A DNA stretch of 58,138 nt. Origin: Gemmatimonadales bacterium (GTDB lineage Bacteria > Gemmatimonadota > Gemmatimonadetes > Gemmatimonadales > GWC2-71-9). Each line of letters begins with the position of its first letter. Position 1 is the stretch's first letter. A program made the position numbers and the translations under genes. Under the pieces are notes generated by a model that worked only from the letters and a program-made list of their open reading frames with translations, did no database searches and was not told where the DNA came from. Positions 1 through 9,427 of this stretch are shown one piece after another. The stretch is taken from NCBI GenBank assembly GCA_041577295.1, contig JBFGJG010000029.1, positions 1 to 58,138 on the forward strand. Reading direction: 5' to 3'.

Positions 1-332
1 CGCTCGAGCGCTCTTTGGAGGCGCTCGAGCGTGACCGGCTTCACGACGTAGTCAACTGCCTCATGGTCGAACGCTTCGAGTGCAAAGTCGTCGTAGGCGG
101 TTTGGAAGACGATCAACGGCTTGGGATCGGGCAGATGACGCGCGACATCGAAGCCATCCACCTCCGGCATGGCGATGTCGAGCAAGACGACGTCGGGCTG
201 GTGCGCGGCAATCAATTCGAGTGCTTCAATACCGTTCGTGGCCTGTCCCACCACCTCAATGTCGAGCTCGCCCAGCATGATCTCCAGCCGCCGTCGGGCG
301 GCGGGTTCGTCATCCACTATGAGCACACGCAC
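1..332 (-). CDS. LytR/AlgR-family response regulator, receiver domain (3' end cut by the window edge)
   Basis: Not in the ORF track. Translated by hand from GTG at 332: MRVLIVDDEPAARRRL...VVLLDIAMPEVDGF...FQTAYDDFALEAFDHEAVDYVVKP. It has the DD, phosphoacceptor D, T and KP receiver motifs and starts 2 nt after the kinase stop. Confidence 0.9.
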   Translation of the reverse strand, partial: MRVLIVDDEPAARRRLEIMLGELDIEVVGQATNGIEALELIAAHQPDVVLLDIAMPEVDGFDVARHLPDPKPLIVFQTAYDDFALEAFDHEAVDYVVKPVTLERLQRALE

Positions 333-333
333 G

Positions 334-1512
334 TCAGTTCGCCGCGGGAGATTCCGCAGGAATGGTGATGCGAACCGTAGCGCCTGCCGATGCACTGTCG
401 ATCTCGAGCATGGCCCGATCCCCAAAGATCGTCGTCAGCCGTTGCCGCAGGTTCCCGAGACCCGTCCCCTCCTGATATCGCGCAGGAAACCCGATCCCGT
501 TGTCCTCGACTTGAAGGCTCAACACGCCATTCTCTCGCCGCGCGGCGATCGTGATGATGCCCCCCTCCAGCCGCTCGCCGAGTCCATGCTTCAGTGCGTT
601 CTCGACGAGCGGCTGGAGCGTCATGGGCGGCAGCGCGACATCGAGGGCATCCGGAGCCACCGACCACCGCACCTGTAACCGCTCACCCCACCGCTCTTTT
701 TCGACGGCGAGATACGCCTTGAGATAATCCACCTCTTCGCGCACCGTCCCTCGTCCATTGCGGGAGCGGGCCAGTGTACGACGCAAAACCTCTGCCAGGT
801 TCTCGACCGTAGCTTCGGCAGCCTGCCGATCGGTCCGGACGAGCGATGCAACGGTATTGAGCGCGTTGAACAGGAAATGCGGGTTCATCTGGGCTTGGAG
901 GGCCGCGAGCTGTGCCTCCGCGGCATCTGCCTGCGCCTGGGTGGCTGCCCGCGCCTGTTCGCGGGCATGCCGATAGAGAAACCGCGTTGACTGGCGGACG
1001 GTGTTGACCGCAATGGCGAGGTAGAACAAGAACAGCAGCTCCACCACGATGAAGATGGGCTTGTCGATGACCGCCGGCACGAGAAGGCCGGCCGCGAATG
1101 CCATCAACACGCCAGCTACGATCGCCATCACCGGAAGCACCAGCAACATTTGGTCGAGCGACTTCGCTTCGAGCCGGAACATCTTTGCTTCTGACCTGAA
1201 CCACGACAACTGGTTGCACGACACGGATTGCCGTTGACCCGCGGCGTGTAACACCATGGCGACGGAGAGCAGCGTCAGCCCGATCATGCCGAGTACGATT
1301 CCGAGCAAGCGGTACGGTTCGAGACCATCGCGCGCCGTGAGCGCGTCGACCAGCGCCACGACCACCACGAAGCCCGCCGAGGCGAGACTCAATAGCAGGA
1401 TGCTGCGCACGCGTGGTGGGGCCTGCGCGAACGCACCGGCAACGATCTCGCGCGTGGAAAGGTCGAGCGTCTGGAGCGCTGTTTCGGGTGTCTGCTCTTC
1501 CGGGACGGTCAT
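334..1512 (-). CDS. LytS/YehU-family membrane sensor histidine kinase
   Basis: Four hydrophobic segments, then LQAQMNPHFLFNALN (H-box), LQPLVENALKHG, VEDNGIG and GTGLGN. Start moved to ATG 1512 (MTVPEEQ); the exact start is uncertain. Confidence 0.9.
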   Translation of the reverse strand: MTVPEEQTPETALQTLDLSTREIVAGAFAQAPPRVRSILLLSLASAGFVVVVALVDALTARDGLEPYRLLGIVLGMIGLTLLSVAMVLHAAGQRQSVSCNQLSWFRSEAKMFRLEAKSLDQMLLVLPVMAIVAGVLMAFAAGLLVPAVIDKPIFIVVELLFLFYLAIAVNTVRQSTRFLYRHAREQARAATQAQADAAEAQLAALQAQMNPHFLFNALNTVASLVRTDRQAAEATVENLAEVLRRTLARSRNGRGTVREEVDYLKAYLAVEKERWGERLQVRWSVAPDALDVALPPMTLQPLVENALKHGLGERLEGGIITIAARRENGVLSLQVEDNGIGFPARYQEGTGLGNLRQRLTTIFGDRAMLEIDSASAGATVRITIPAESPAAN

Positions 1513-1602
1513 ACTCGTAATCTCGCAATGCCACCCGGGAATCGGGAGGCTTGCGACCATGATGCACCACTTTCCTGTGCCCCGCACCGGCCTCGGTCCT
1601 CG

Positions 1603-1650
1603 GCGGTTGCCCTGCCCGGTCGAGCGGTCGAAAACACGCCTCCGGTGGTC
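1603..1650 (-). promoter_or_regulatory. Candidate LytTR direct-repeat binding sites
   Basis: GCGGTT (1603), GCGGTC (1624) and GTGGTC (1645) are spaced exactly 21 bp apart, upstream of the kinase/regulator operon. Confidence 0.35.
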
Positions 1651-1765
1651 TGCGTACCCGACGCGATAGGCACGGCGCGGAACTTGAAGCGATGTTTGAC
1701 TTTGAACAGCCCAACCCAGAGACGGTGGTCGGACACGAGCTCTCGCCGGGGGAACCGTGCTTCCC

Positions 1766-1795
1766 TTGACGCCGGCAGTGCGTCGTATTTAGTTA
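1766..1795 (+). promoter_or_regulatory. Putative sigma70 promoter of the his operon
   Basis: TTGACG at 1766-1771 followed by AT-rich TATTTAGTTA (1786-1795), just upstream of the leader ATG. The -10 register is ambiguous. Confidence 0.5.
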
Positions 1796-1804
1796 CCACG
1801 CACT

Positions 1805-1879
1805 ATGTTACGCAGACCGGCAGCGAGCCATCGGGTCCATCATTACCACCCTCTTACGGGAGGGCCCGGACTCGTGTAG
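1805..1879 (+). CDS. hisL: his operon leader peptide (24 aa, MLRRPAASHRVHHYHPLTGGPGLV)
   Basis: ATG 1805 to TAG 1877-1879. Four His codons fall within seven codons. It lies directly upstream of a terminator and hisG. Confidence 0.8.
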   Translation: MLRRPAASHRVHHYHPLTGGPGLV

Positions 1880-1920
1880 CCGGACGCCGGTCGCTTTGAG
1901 CAGGCATTCGCGCAACAACG

Positions 1921-1950
1921 ACGCCGGGCTTTCGGGTCCGGCGTTTGTTT
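1921..1950 (+). terminator. his attenuator terminator hairpin
   Basis: ACGCCGGGCT-TTCG-GGTCCGGCGT: a 10-bp stem with two G-U pairs and a UUCG loop, followed by TTGTTT. Confidence 0.8.
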
Positions 1951-1996
1951 CGTTGTGTCCCTGCTAGAGGACGATACCCAGCGCGGAAGCAGAGAT

Positions 1997-2857
1997 ATGC
2001 CCACAACATTACGACTCGGTTTGCCAAAGGGCCGCATGGAGCCGGAGGTGACGCGGCTACTGGCCGATGCCGGTATCCATATCACGCCAACCGAGCGGGG
2101 GTATCGGCCCCGTGTCTCGCTCGCAGATACCGAGGCGAAGATTCTCAAGCCGCAGAACATCGTCGAAATGCTGGCCCTCGGCAGTAGGGACGTCGGGTTT
2201 GCCGGCGCGGATTGGGTGGCGGAGCTCGACGGCCGGATCGTCCAAATTCTCGATACCGGACTCGATCCGGTGCGGCTCGTGGCGGCGGCACCAGCGTCGT
2301 TGCTGGTGGATGGCGAGCTCCCCAAGCAAAGACTGATCATTGCCTCGGAGTATGAACGACTCACCCAGGCGTGGATCGATCGCAATGGCCTGCACGCCGA
2401 GGTGGTGCGTTCGTATGGCGCCACCGAAGTGTTTCCACCGGAGGATGCGGATGTGATCGTCGACATCACCGCCAGCGGCGCCACCCTGCGCGCGAACGAC
2501 CTGGTCATCATCGACGAGCTGATGCAATCCTCGACTCGTTTGTATGCCAGCCCGCAAGCGGTCGCCGATGCCAACAAGCGGAGTCGAATCGAGGACCTCA
2601 AACTGATCCTCGAGAGTGTGACCGAGGCACGCCGAAGGGTCATGGTCGAGGTCAACGCATCCGAGGAGTGTCTCGATGCCGTGGTCGCGGTGTTGCCGTG
2701 CATGAGGCGGCCAACCGTTGCCCCGCTGTTTGGGAACAGCGGGTATGCGGTGAAGGCCGCGGTCCCGCGCGAGCTCTTGCCCCAGGTGATCCCGGCGCTC
2801 AAGAACGCCGGTGGCTGCGACGTCGTGGTGTCCGAGCTCGGTCAGATCGTGCCGTGA
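1997..2857 (+). CDS. hisG: ATP phosphoribosyltransferase, long form
   Basis: LGLPKGRM, DVGFAGAD, YGATE and DVIVDITASGATLRANDL, plus a C-terminal regulatory domain (PCMRRPTVAPL). Start at ATG 1997. Confidence 0.95.
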   Translation: MPTTLRLGLPKGRMEPEVTRLLADAGIHITPTERGYRPRVSLADTEAKILKPQNIVEMLALGSRDVGFAGADWVAELDGRIVQILDTGLDPVRLVAAAPASLLVDGELPKQRLIIASEYERLTQAWIDRNGLHAEVVRSYGATEVFPPEDADVIVDITASGATLRANDLVIIDELMQSSTRLYASPQAVADANKRSRIEDLKLILESVTEARRRVMVEVNASEECLDAVVAVLPCMRRPTVAPLFGNSGYAVKAAVPRELLPQVIPALKNAGGCDVVVSELGQIVP

Positions 2858-4353
2858 GCAGCCCGCCAACGCAACGGCCAACGCCACGCGTCTCGGCGCA
2901 GGCTGCGTACCGCCGACCGCCAGTCACACCGACGTTGCTCAAGCTGGATGCCAACGAAGGGATGCAGCCACCGGCCGATCTGCTGGAGATGCTGGCGGAG
3001 CGCGGGCCGGAGCTCCTGCGTCGGTACCCCGATGTCTCGGCACTCGAGTCGCGGATCGCCTCGCGCCTCGGCGTGCCAGCGGAATGTGTGTTCGTCACCG
3101 CGGGCGCGGACGACGCCATCGAGCGCTGCTGCCGAACCTATCTATGGCCGGGCACGGAGATCTTACTGTCGGATCCGAGCTTTTATCTCTTCGCACGGTG
3201 CGCACACCTCGCGAATGCGGATCTCGTCAAGGTCCCGTGGCCACGCGGTCCCTTCCCACGACAGGAGTTCTTGGATGCGGTTACCGATCGCACATCGGTG
3301 GTGGCGATCGTGTCGCCCAACAATCCCACCGGCACGGCGGCCACCTGGGAAGACGTGCAGAGCGTTGCCGCAGCGGTCCCCGAGTCGCTGCTCGTACTCG
3401 ACCATGCTTACGTAGAGTATGCGGACAACGATCTGACGGCTCGAGCTTGGGAACTTCCCAACGTCGTGATCCTGAGAACCCTTTCCAAGGCGTGGGGGCT
3501 CGCCGGCTGTCGGGTCGGCTACGCCGTTGCGCAGGCGGAATTGCTGGGTCCGATGCGTGCCGCTGGACAGCCGTACGCGGTCGCGGCGCCCTCGGCGGCG
3601 ATGGCGTACGCGCTCTTACACTTCGGCCAGGAGTCCGTGTCCGCGCACATCGCGCAGATCAAGATCGAACGAGAGCGTTTTACCGCCTGGGTGCCGTCGG
3701 TCGGCCTCGATCCGTACCCATCGCAGGGAAACTTCGTGCTAGTGGGTTGCGGGACACGCGCTTCCTTCTTGCATGACGCGTTGCGAGCGGTTGGCGTGGC
3801 GGTGCGTTCGTTTCCCGACACCCCCGGACTCGACCACACGTTGCGGGTGACCATGCCCGGCAACGAGGTGGAGTTCATTCGGTTGCAGCGCGCGCTCGAG
3901 GTATGTGCCAAACCAGAGGGTTTGCTGTTGGACCTCGATGTGCTGCAAGCGCTGTCGCCGGCCGCGAGTACGGCACTTCGCCGAGTCGGAGAGCGCCTTC
4001 CACTGTACGCCATCACCACGAGATCGATCAACGCATCGCGCGACGGTCCGGCTGAGCGTGCGCAGCGAAACCTCGTACGGGAGGTCGTCTCGGTTCCGGG
4101 GGTCGCTGGGGCAGAGCGCTCCGCAGACTCGCCACCGCTCATGACCTCGCGCGCGCTGCGGGACACGCTCGACCGGCTGGGGATTGGACGGGCGTGGGTC
4201 ATTGGGAGCACACAAGAGGTGCTCCATGCGGCAAGCGGCGTGGGCGCGGTGCCAATCGCCATGAGTTCGATGCCCAACCGTTCGTCGCCCGGCGGACGAC
4301 CGGTGAGTGGGGTGGTCACCGACCTTACACAACTCGGGGAGTTCCTGCCGTGA
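2854..4353 (+). CDS. hisC: Histidinol-phosphate aminotransferase with a C-terminal degenerate HAD-like domain
   Basis: KLDANE, RYPD, SPNNPTG, DHAY and [16 protein letters not shown] (PLP lysine). A ~150-aa extension begins [13 protein letters not shown] overlap with the hisG stop. Confidence 0.9.
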   Translation: MSSPPTQRPTPRVSAQAAYRRPPVTPTLLKLDANEGMQPPADLLEMLAERGPELLRRYPDVSALESRIASRLGVPAECVFVTAGADDAIERCCRTYLWPGTEILLSDPSFYLFARCAHLANADLVKVPWPRGPFPRQEFLDAVTDRTSVVAIVSPNNPTGTAATWEDVQSVAAAVPESLLVLDHAYVEYADNDLTARAWELPNVVILRTLSKAWGLAGCRVGYAVAQAELLGPMRAAGQPYAVAAPSAAMAYALLHFGQESVSAHIAQIKIERERFTAWVPSVGLDPYPSQGNFVLVGCGTRASFLHDALRAVGVAVRSFPDTPGLDHTLRVTMPGNEVEFIRLQRALEVCAKPEGLLLDLDVLQALSPAASTALRRVGERLPLYAITTRSINASRDGPAERAQRNLVREVVSVPGVAGAERSADSPPLMTSRALRDTLDRLGIGRAWVIGSTQEVLHAASGVGAVPIAMSSMPNRSSPGGRPVSGVVTDLTQLGEFLP

Positions 4354-4952
4354 AGGAACGAGTCGCAGGATTCGAGCGCAAGACGCGGGAGACCACGATC
4401 GCCGTCAACCTGTCGATCGATGGCAAGGGATCAACCGAGATTCAAACCGGAATCGGATTCCTCGATCACTTGCTGGACGCGCTGGCGCGACACGCCCGCT
4501 TCGACCTCACACTGAGGTGCAGCGGCGATCTCCACGTTGACGACCACCACACTGCCGAAGACTGCGCGCTTGCACTCGGCGCCGCTCTCGACCGCGCGTT
4601 GGGCGACCGTGGCGGCATCAACCGCTTTGGCTCCGCAATGGCCCCGCTCGACGAGGCCTTAGCTCGTGCCGTCGTGGACCTCTCCGGGAGACCGTACGCC
4701 GATGTAAACCTTGGCCTGTCGCGTAAAGCGATTGGCGGACTCTCGTGCGAGAACGTTTCCCACGTGCTCAGCTCGCTGGCCACAGCTGCCCGGCTCACGC
4801 TGCACGTGGACTTGCTCAAGGGCGGTAACGATCACCACCGGGCCGAAGCGGCGTTCAAAGCCACCGCCCTCGCGCTGCGCCAAGCCGTCGCCGCATCGGG
4901 CTTCGACGACGTACCCTCGACCAAGGGGACGCTGGGAGGCGGCAGCCAATGA
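4350..4952 (+). CDS. hisB: Imidazoleglycerol-phosphate dehydratase (monofunctional)
   Basis: [36 protein letters not shown] and PSTKG. GTG start overlaps the hisC stop. Confidence 0.95.
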   Translation: MKERVAGFERKTRETTIAVNLSIDGKGSTEIQTGIGFLDHLLDALARHARFDLTLRCSGDLHVDDHHTAEDCALALGAALDRALGDRGGINRFGSAMAPLDEALARAVVDLSGRPYADVNLGLSRKAIGGLSCENVSHVLSSLATAARLTLHVDLLKGGNDHHRAEAAFKATALALRQAVAASGFDDVPSTKGTLGGGSQ

Positions 4953-6337
4953 GCGAGGTTGTCGTCGTCGACTCCGGCGTGGCGAATCTCGCCTCCGTCA
5001 CCACCGGGTTTCAGCGCTTGGGAGCGAGCGTCACCATCACAGACGACCCGCATCTCATCCGGTCCGGTCACCGGATCGTCCTCCCTGGGGTGGGGGCCTT
5101 TGGAGCTGGCATGGCTGCGCTCCGCTCGTCGCACCTCGACGAGGCGGTGCGCGATGTCATCACGGCTAGGCGGCCCCTGCTTGCGATTTGTCTGGGACTG
5201 CAGCTGCTTACCGAGGCCAGCGATGAGGATCCCGAGATCCCCGGCATTGGGATCATCCCTGGCGTGTGCCGTCGTTTGCCCGCCGACGTTCGCGTTCCCC
5301 ATCTCGGTTGGAACCGCGTTTCACCCACGCCGCAGAGTCGTTTGATCTGCGAAGGGGATGCCGCGTTTGCTAACTCCTTCTGTCTGGTCGAGCCGCCCTC
5401 GGGATGGGCCGTGGCCACCACGACACACGGCACGTCATTTCTCTCCGCGCTCGAGCGCGATCGCGTTTTGGCGTGCCAGTTCCATCCTGAGTTGTCCGGT
5501 GTGTGGGGCACCGAGCTGCTGCGCCGGTGGCTTACGGACACGCCGGTCACGGCCAAAGGGGCGAAGCTGACCAATGGCGGCGGCGGACTCATTCGTCGAT
5601 TGGTGCCGTGCCTGGATGTGCGCGATGGACGCGTGGTGAAGGGTATCAAGTTTCAAGGGCTGCGCGACGCGGGGGATCCTGCTGCGCGCGCCGCGCTGTA
5701 CGAGCGACAAGGTGCGGACGAAATCGTTGTGCTCGACGTCGCTGCGTCGCCTCGCGCGCAGGACACCCAAGTTGCAACCGTGGAACGCGTACGCGCAGCC
5801 ATCACGATCCCGCTTACCGTTGGCGGTGGCGTCCGAGCCGTCCGCGACGCGCGGCGCTTGCTCAACGCGGGGGCCGACAAGGTCAGCGTGAACACGGCTG
5901 CCGTGCGACGCCCCGGGATCCTGGCCGAGCTGGCCGACGCGTTCGGAACGCAGTGTACGGTGCTCGCCATCGACGCGCGCCGTGTGGGCACCAGTTGGCA
6001 AGTGTTGGTGGTCGGCGGCCAGGAAACGACCGGCCGCGACGCTATCGCATGGGCACGTGAGGGTGTCGATCTCGGGGCGGGTGAAATTCTGCTAACGAGC
6101 TGGGATCGGGATGGCACGCGTGCAGGATGCGATCTGGATCTCGTGCGCGCAGTGTCCGAGGCGGTGTCGGTTCCCGTCATTGCGTCGGGGGGAATCGGAT
6201 CTCGAGAGGATGCGGCGCAGGCGATACAAGCGGGGGCCGAAGCCGTTCTCGCCGCCTCCATTTTCCACGATGGCGATGACACCGTGGCCGATATCAAGGC
6301 CGACCTGCGGGCCCGGGGCATAAGAGTCAGGCTGTGA
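4949..6337 (+). CDS. hisHF: Fused imidazole glycerol phosphate synthase HisH-HisF
   Basis: N-half is a glutaminase (LPGVGAF, ICLG, QFHPE). A GGGG linker leads to a C-half cyclase ([42 protein letters not shown]) in one frame. Confidence 0.93.
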   Translation: MSEVVVVDSGVANLASVTTGFQRLGASVTITDDPHLIRSGHRIVLPGVGAFGAGMAALRSSHLDEAVRDVITARRPLLAICLGLQLLTEASDEDPEIPGIGIIPGVCRRLPADVRVPHLGWNRVSPTPQSRLICEGDAAFANSFCLVEPPSGWAVATTTHGTSFLSALERDRVLACQFHPELSGVWGTELLRRWLTDTPVTAKGAKLTNGGGGLIRRLVPCLDVRDGRVVKGIKFQGLRDAGDPAARAALYERQGADEIVVLDVAASPRAQDTQVATVERVRAAITIPLTVGGGVRAVRDARRLLNAGADKVSVNTAAVRRPGILAELADAFGTQCTVLAIDARRVGTSWQVLVVGGQETTGRDAIAWAREGVDLGAGEILLTSWDRDGTRAGCDLDLVRAVSEAVSVPVIASGGIGSREDAAQAIQAGAEAVLAASIFHDGDDTVADIKADLRARGIRVRL

Positions 6338-7611
6338 TCGTACCCAGCATCGATCTCATGGATGGACGCGCCGTGCAGTTACGGCGGGGACGTGAGCGTG
6401 TGCTCGACGGTGGTGACCCGTTCGCGCGTCTCGAACAGTTCGCCATGGCGGGAGAAGTGGCTGTGGTCGACCTAGACGCGGCGCTGGGACGCGGTTCGAA
6501 TACCAGCGTGATCCGAAATCTCGTTCGGCATTCGCCGTGCCGCGTGGGAGGCGGGATACGGACGGTGGAAGCAGCGGAACGGTGGCTCGACGCCGGCGCC
6601 GCACGAGTCATGGTTGGGACGGCGGCGTCACCCGAGTTGTGCGGCGCGCTCCCGCGCGAGCGTGTGATAGCGGCAGTGGATGCGGAGCGCGAAACGGTGG
6701 TGGTGGATGGTTGGCGGTCGCGCACCGGGCGGAACGTCGTCGACGTGGTGGGCGAGTTGGCCCCGTACGTCGGGGGGTTCCTGGTGACGCAGGTCGAACG
6801 GGAGGGGATGCTCGAGGGATTCGACTTCGATTTGGTCACGCGCGTGGTCGCGGTGGCCGGGAATGCTCGTGTCACGGCAGCGGGCGGTATCACCACGGTT
6901 GATGACGTCGCTCGACTCGACGCCATCTCGGTGGACGCACAAGTCGGGATGGCCTTGTATACAGGGCGGTTTACGCTTGGCGAAGCGGTGGCCGGCACGT
7001 TGCAACGGGCCTCATCCGAGGGACTGTGGCCGACGGTGGTGTGCGACGAGCATGGAACCGCCCTCGGGCTCGTCTGGAGTAGCCGGGAATCGGTCGCGCG
7101 TGCAATCGACACGCGAAGTGGTGTCTATTGGTCGCGTTCCCGTCAGGCGTTGTGGACCAAGGGTGAGACCTCCGGCAACCGGCAGGTACTTCGTCGTGTC
7201 GAGCTCGATTGCGACCGAGACGCGCTGCGCTTCATCGTCAAGCAACAGGGAGCAGGATTCTGTCATCGTGAGACGCGTAGCTGCTGGGGTGACGACTTCA
7301 CGCTCGCGACGCTCGAAAGGATCCTCGCAGAACGAGGACATTCGGGAGATCCGACCTCGGGTACGGTTCGTTTGTTTCGTGATGAGGTTTTGCTCGCCGC
7401 GAAGCTACGAGAGGAAGCCGAGGAACTCGGTCAGGCCGTAACCCCGGACGAGACCATACATGAAGCGGCAGACGTGCTCTACTTCTTGTTGACCGCGCTG
7501 GCTCGTCGTGGTGTGCGGCTTACGGACGTGCGCGCGGAGCTGGAGCGCCGGCACCGCCGCATCACCCGACGCCCCATGGCGGTCAAACCACCAGCCGACG
7601 CATCACGATGA
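6334..7611 (+). CDS. Fused HisA-like isomerase / PR-AMP cyclohydrolase (HisI) / PR-ATP pyrophosphatase (HisE)
   Basis: HisA barrel: VPSIDLMDGRAVQL, VVDLDAA, VGGGIR, AAGGI. HisI: YWSRSRQALWTKGETSGN, DCDRD, CH...SC. HisE: KLREEAEE, EAADVLY. Confidence 0.88.
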   Translation: MIVPSIDLMDGRAVQLRRGRERVLDGGDPFARLEQFAMAGEVAVVDLDAALGRGSNTSVIRNLVRHSPCRVGGGIRTVEAAERWLDAGAARVMVGTAASPELCGALPRERVIAAVDAERETVVVDGWRSRTGRNVVDVVGELAPYVGGFLVTQVEREGMLEGFDFDLVTRVVAVAGNARVTAAGGITTVDDVARLDAISVDAQVGMALYTGRFTLGEAVAGTLQRASSEGLWPTVVCDEHGTALGLVWSSRESVARAIDTRSGVYWSRSRQALWTKGETSGNRQVLRRVELDCDRDALRFIVKQQGAGFCHRETRSCWGDDFTLATLERILAERGHSGDPTSGTVRLFRDEVLLAAKLREEAEELGQAVTPDETIHEAADVLYFLLTALARRGVRLTDVRAELERRHRRITRRPMAVKPPADASR

Positions 7612-8903
7612 CAGATCAGATCCTAAAGCCGCGAACGGTCGAGGAGATTCTCCGCCACCGGACCGATGCGGTGAGCCCCGACGCGGTCGCGGCGGTCGAG
7701 CCTATCGTCCGTGAGGTACGCTCCGGTGGAGAGGCCGCCGTTCGCCGCCGCGCACAAGCTTTTGGTGAGCTCGAGTCCGACGACGTCTTGGTACTCGACC
7801 GAGAAGTGCTCGATGCAGCTCTGCAGTCGCTCGCTCCGGACGCGCGCACACGGCTCCTTCGCGTCACGCGGCGCATTCGCGAGTTTGCGCAGGCCCAGCG
7901 CAAAGCGTTGGAGACAGCGTCGGTGACCGTTCCGGGAGGACGCGCCGGTCACTCAATCGCTGCGGTCGAGCGTGTGGGGTGTTATGCGCCGGGCGGGCGG
8001 TATCCCCTGCCCTCTTCGGTCTTGATGGCCGTGGTCACGGCGCGGGTTGCTGGCGTCGATACCGTCTGGGTCGCGAGCCCAAAGCCCAAGCAGATCACAC
8101 TCGCCGCCGCCGCGGCTGCTGGGGCCGATGGACTGCTTGCCGCGGGTGGCGCGCATGCCGTAGCAGCGCTGGCTTACGGTGCGGGCCCCGTACCGGCCTG
8201 TGACGTTCTGGTGGGTCCAGGTAACAAGTACGTGACTGCCGCCAAGTTCCTAGTGTCCGCGCACGTCCGCATTGATCAATTCGCCGGACCGTCAGAGCTC
8301 GTTGTCGTGGCCGACGGGTCCGCCGATGCGGCCCTCATCGCTGCCGATCTACTGGCCCAGGCCGAACACGACCCGGACGCGCTGCCTATCCTCGTGTCGC
8401 TCGACGCGGCCCTGATTGATGCCGTCAACGGCGAGCTGGCGCAGCAGCTCTCCGACCTTCCCACTGATGAAGTGGCGCGGGCTGCCCTGCGGAACGGAGG
8501 CGCGGTGCTCGCGAGTTCGCCCGAGGAGGCAGTGCAGGCGTGTGACCGCCTCGCGCCAGAGCACGTCGAGGTGCTCACAGAAAACGCGGACTCATTCGCG
8601 TCACGGCTGCGGCACTTCGGCGCCGTCTTCATCGGAAGCGGCGCCGGTGAGGTTTTAGGGGACTACGGTGCCGGACCAAACCACGTGCTCCCAACGGGTG
8701 GGTCCGCACGCAACAGTGGAGGGCTGTCCGTGTTCACATTTCTTCGCGTGCGAACGTGGCTCGAGATCGACAATCTGGACGACGCCGTTGAGATGGTGAA
8801 CGATGCCGCGTGGCTTGGACGGCTCGAAGGACTCGAGGCCCACGCGCGATCCGCGGAACGACGCTCGAGCGAAACAGCGGCAATTCGCAAACCTTCGCCC
8901 TAG
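7608..8903 (+). CDS. hisD: Histidinol dehydrogenase
   Basis: YAPGGRYPLPSS, GPGNKYV, AGPSE, QAEH, APEH, GDYGAGPNHVLPT and EGLEAH. Confidence 0.95.
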   Translation: MTDQILKPRTVEEILRHRTDAVSPDAVAAVEPIVREVRSGGEAAVRRRAQAFGELESDDVLVLDREVLDAALQSLAPDARTRLLRVTRRIREFAQAQRKALETASVTVPGGRAGHSIAAVERVGCYAPGGRYPLPSSVLMAVVTARVAGVDTVWVASPKPKQITLAAAAAAGADGLLAAGGAHAVAALAYGAGPVPACDVLVGPGNKYVTAAKFLVSAHVRIDQFAGPSELVVVADGSADAALIAADLLAQAEHDPDALPILVSLDAALIDAVNGELAQQLSDLPTDEVARAALRNGGAVLASSPEEAVQACDRLAPEHVEVLTENADSFASRLRHFGAVFIGSGAGEVLGDYGAGPNHVLPTGGSARNSGGLSVFTFLRVRTWLEIDNLDDAVEMVNDAAWLGRLEGLEAHARSAERRSSETAAIRKPSP

Positions 8904-8932
8904 AGACGAGGCACGGAGGAACGGAGGAATCG

Positions 8933-9427
8933 ATGTGGTTCAAGGCCTTACCCGTCGGCGTGGCGATTGTGTTGACACTCCTCGCGCCGTGCCCACCCGT
9001 AACTGCACAAAGCCCTTCGATGGATCAATTCCGGTTCATGACGGGTTGTTGGGAGGGGTCGTTTCGCGACCGCTCCGGGCTCGGCACGATCGAGGAACAC
9101 TATACCAGCGCCAGCAGCAACGTGATCCTTGGCACGACGCGATACATCCAGGCTGGGAAGACGGTACAGTACGAGTTCACCATCATCGAGCGGCACGAGG
9201 ACACGATCCGTCTCATCCCCTACCCCAACGGACAGCGCTCGGAGCACGCCTTCGTCCTCACACGCTTCGCCCTCGACCAAGCAGTATTCGAGTCCCCAGA
9301 ACACGATTATCCGAAGCGCATCATCTATCGGCGCGATGGGGATCGCGGGCTCCGAGCCAGGATCGACGCCGGGAGCGGCGACGCGGAAGGTCGCGAATGG
9401 TATATGCAGAGAGCGGCCTGCTCTTAG
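8933..9427 (+). CDS. Exported protein, DUF6265-like
   Basis: GGAGG RBS, ATG 8933 and a signal peptide. Contains FMTGCWEG and VFESPEHDYPKRIIYRR. Confidence 0.7.
   Translation: MWFKALPVGVAIVLTLLAPCPPVTAQSPSMDQFRFMTGCWEGSFRDRSGLGTIEEHYTSASSNVILGTTRYIQAGKTVQYEFTIIERHEDTIRLIPYPNGQRSEHAFVLTRFALDQAVFESPEHDYPKRIIYRRDGDRGLRARIDAGSGDAEGREWYMQRAACS

Noticed and set aside
2371..2853. ORF-track N-terminal extension of hisC (660 aa)
   Set aside because: It overlaps hisG in another frame and is low-complexity Arg-rich. The GTGA overlap at 2854 gives the natural start.
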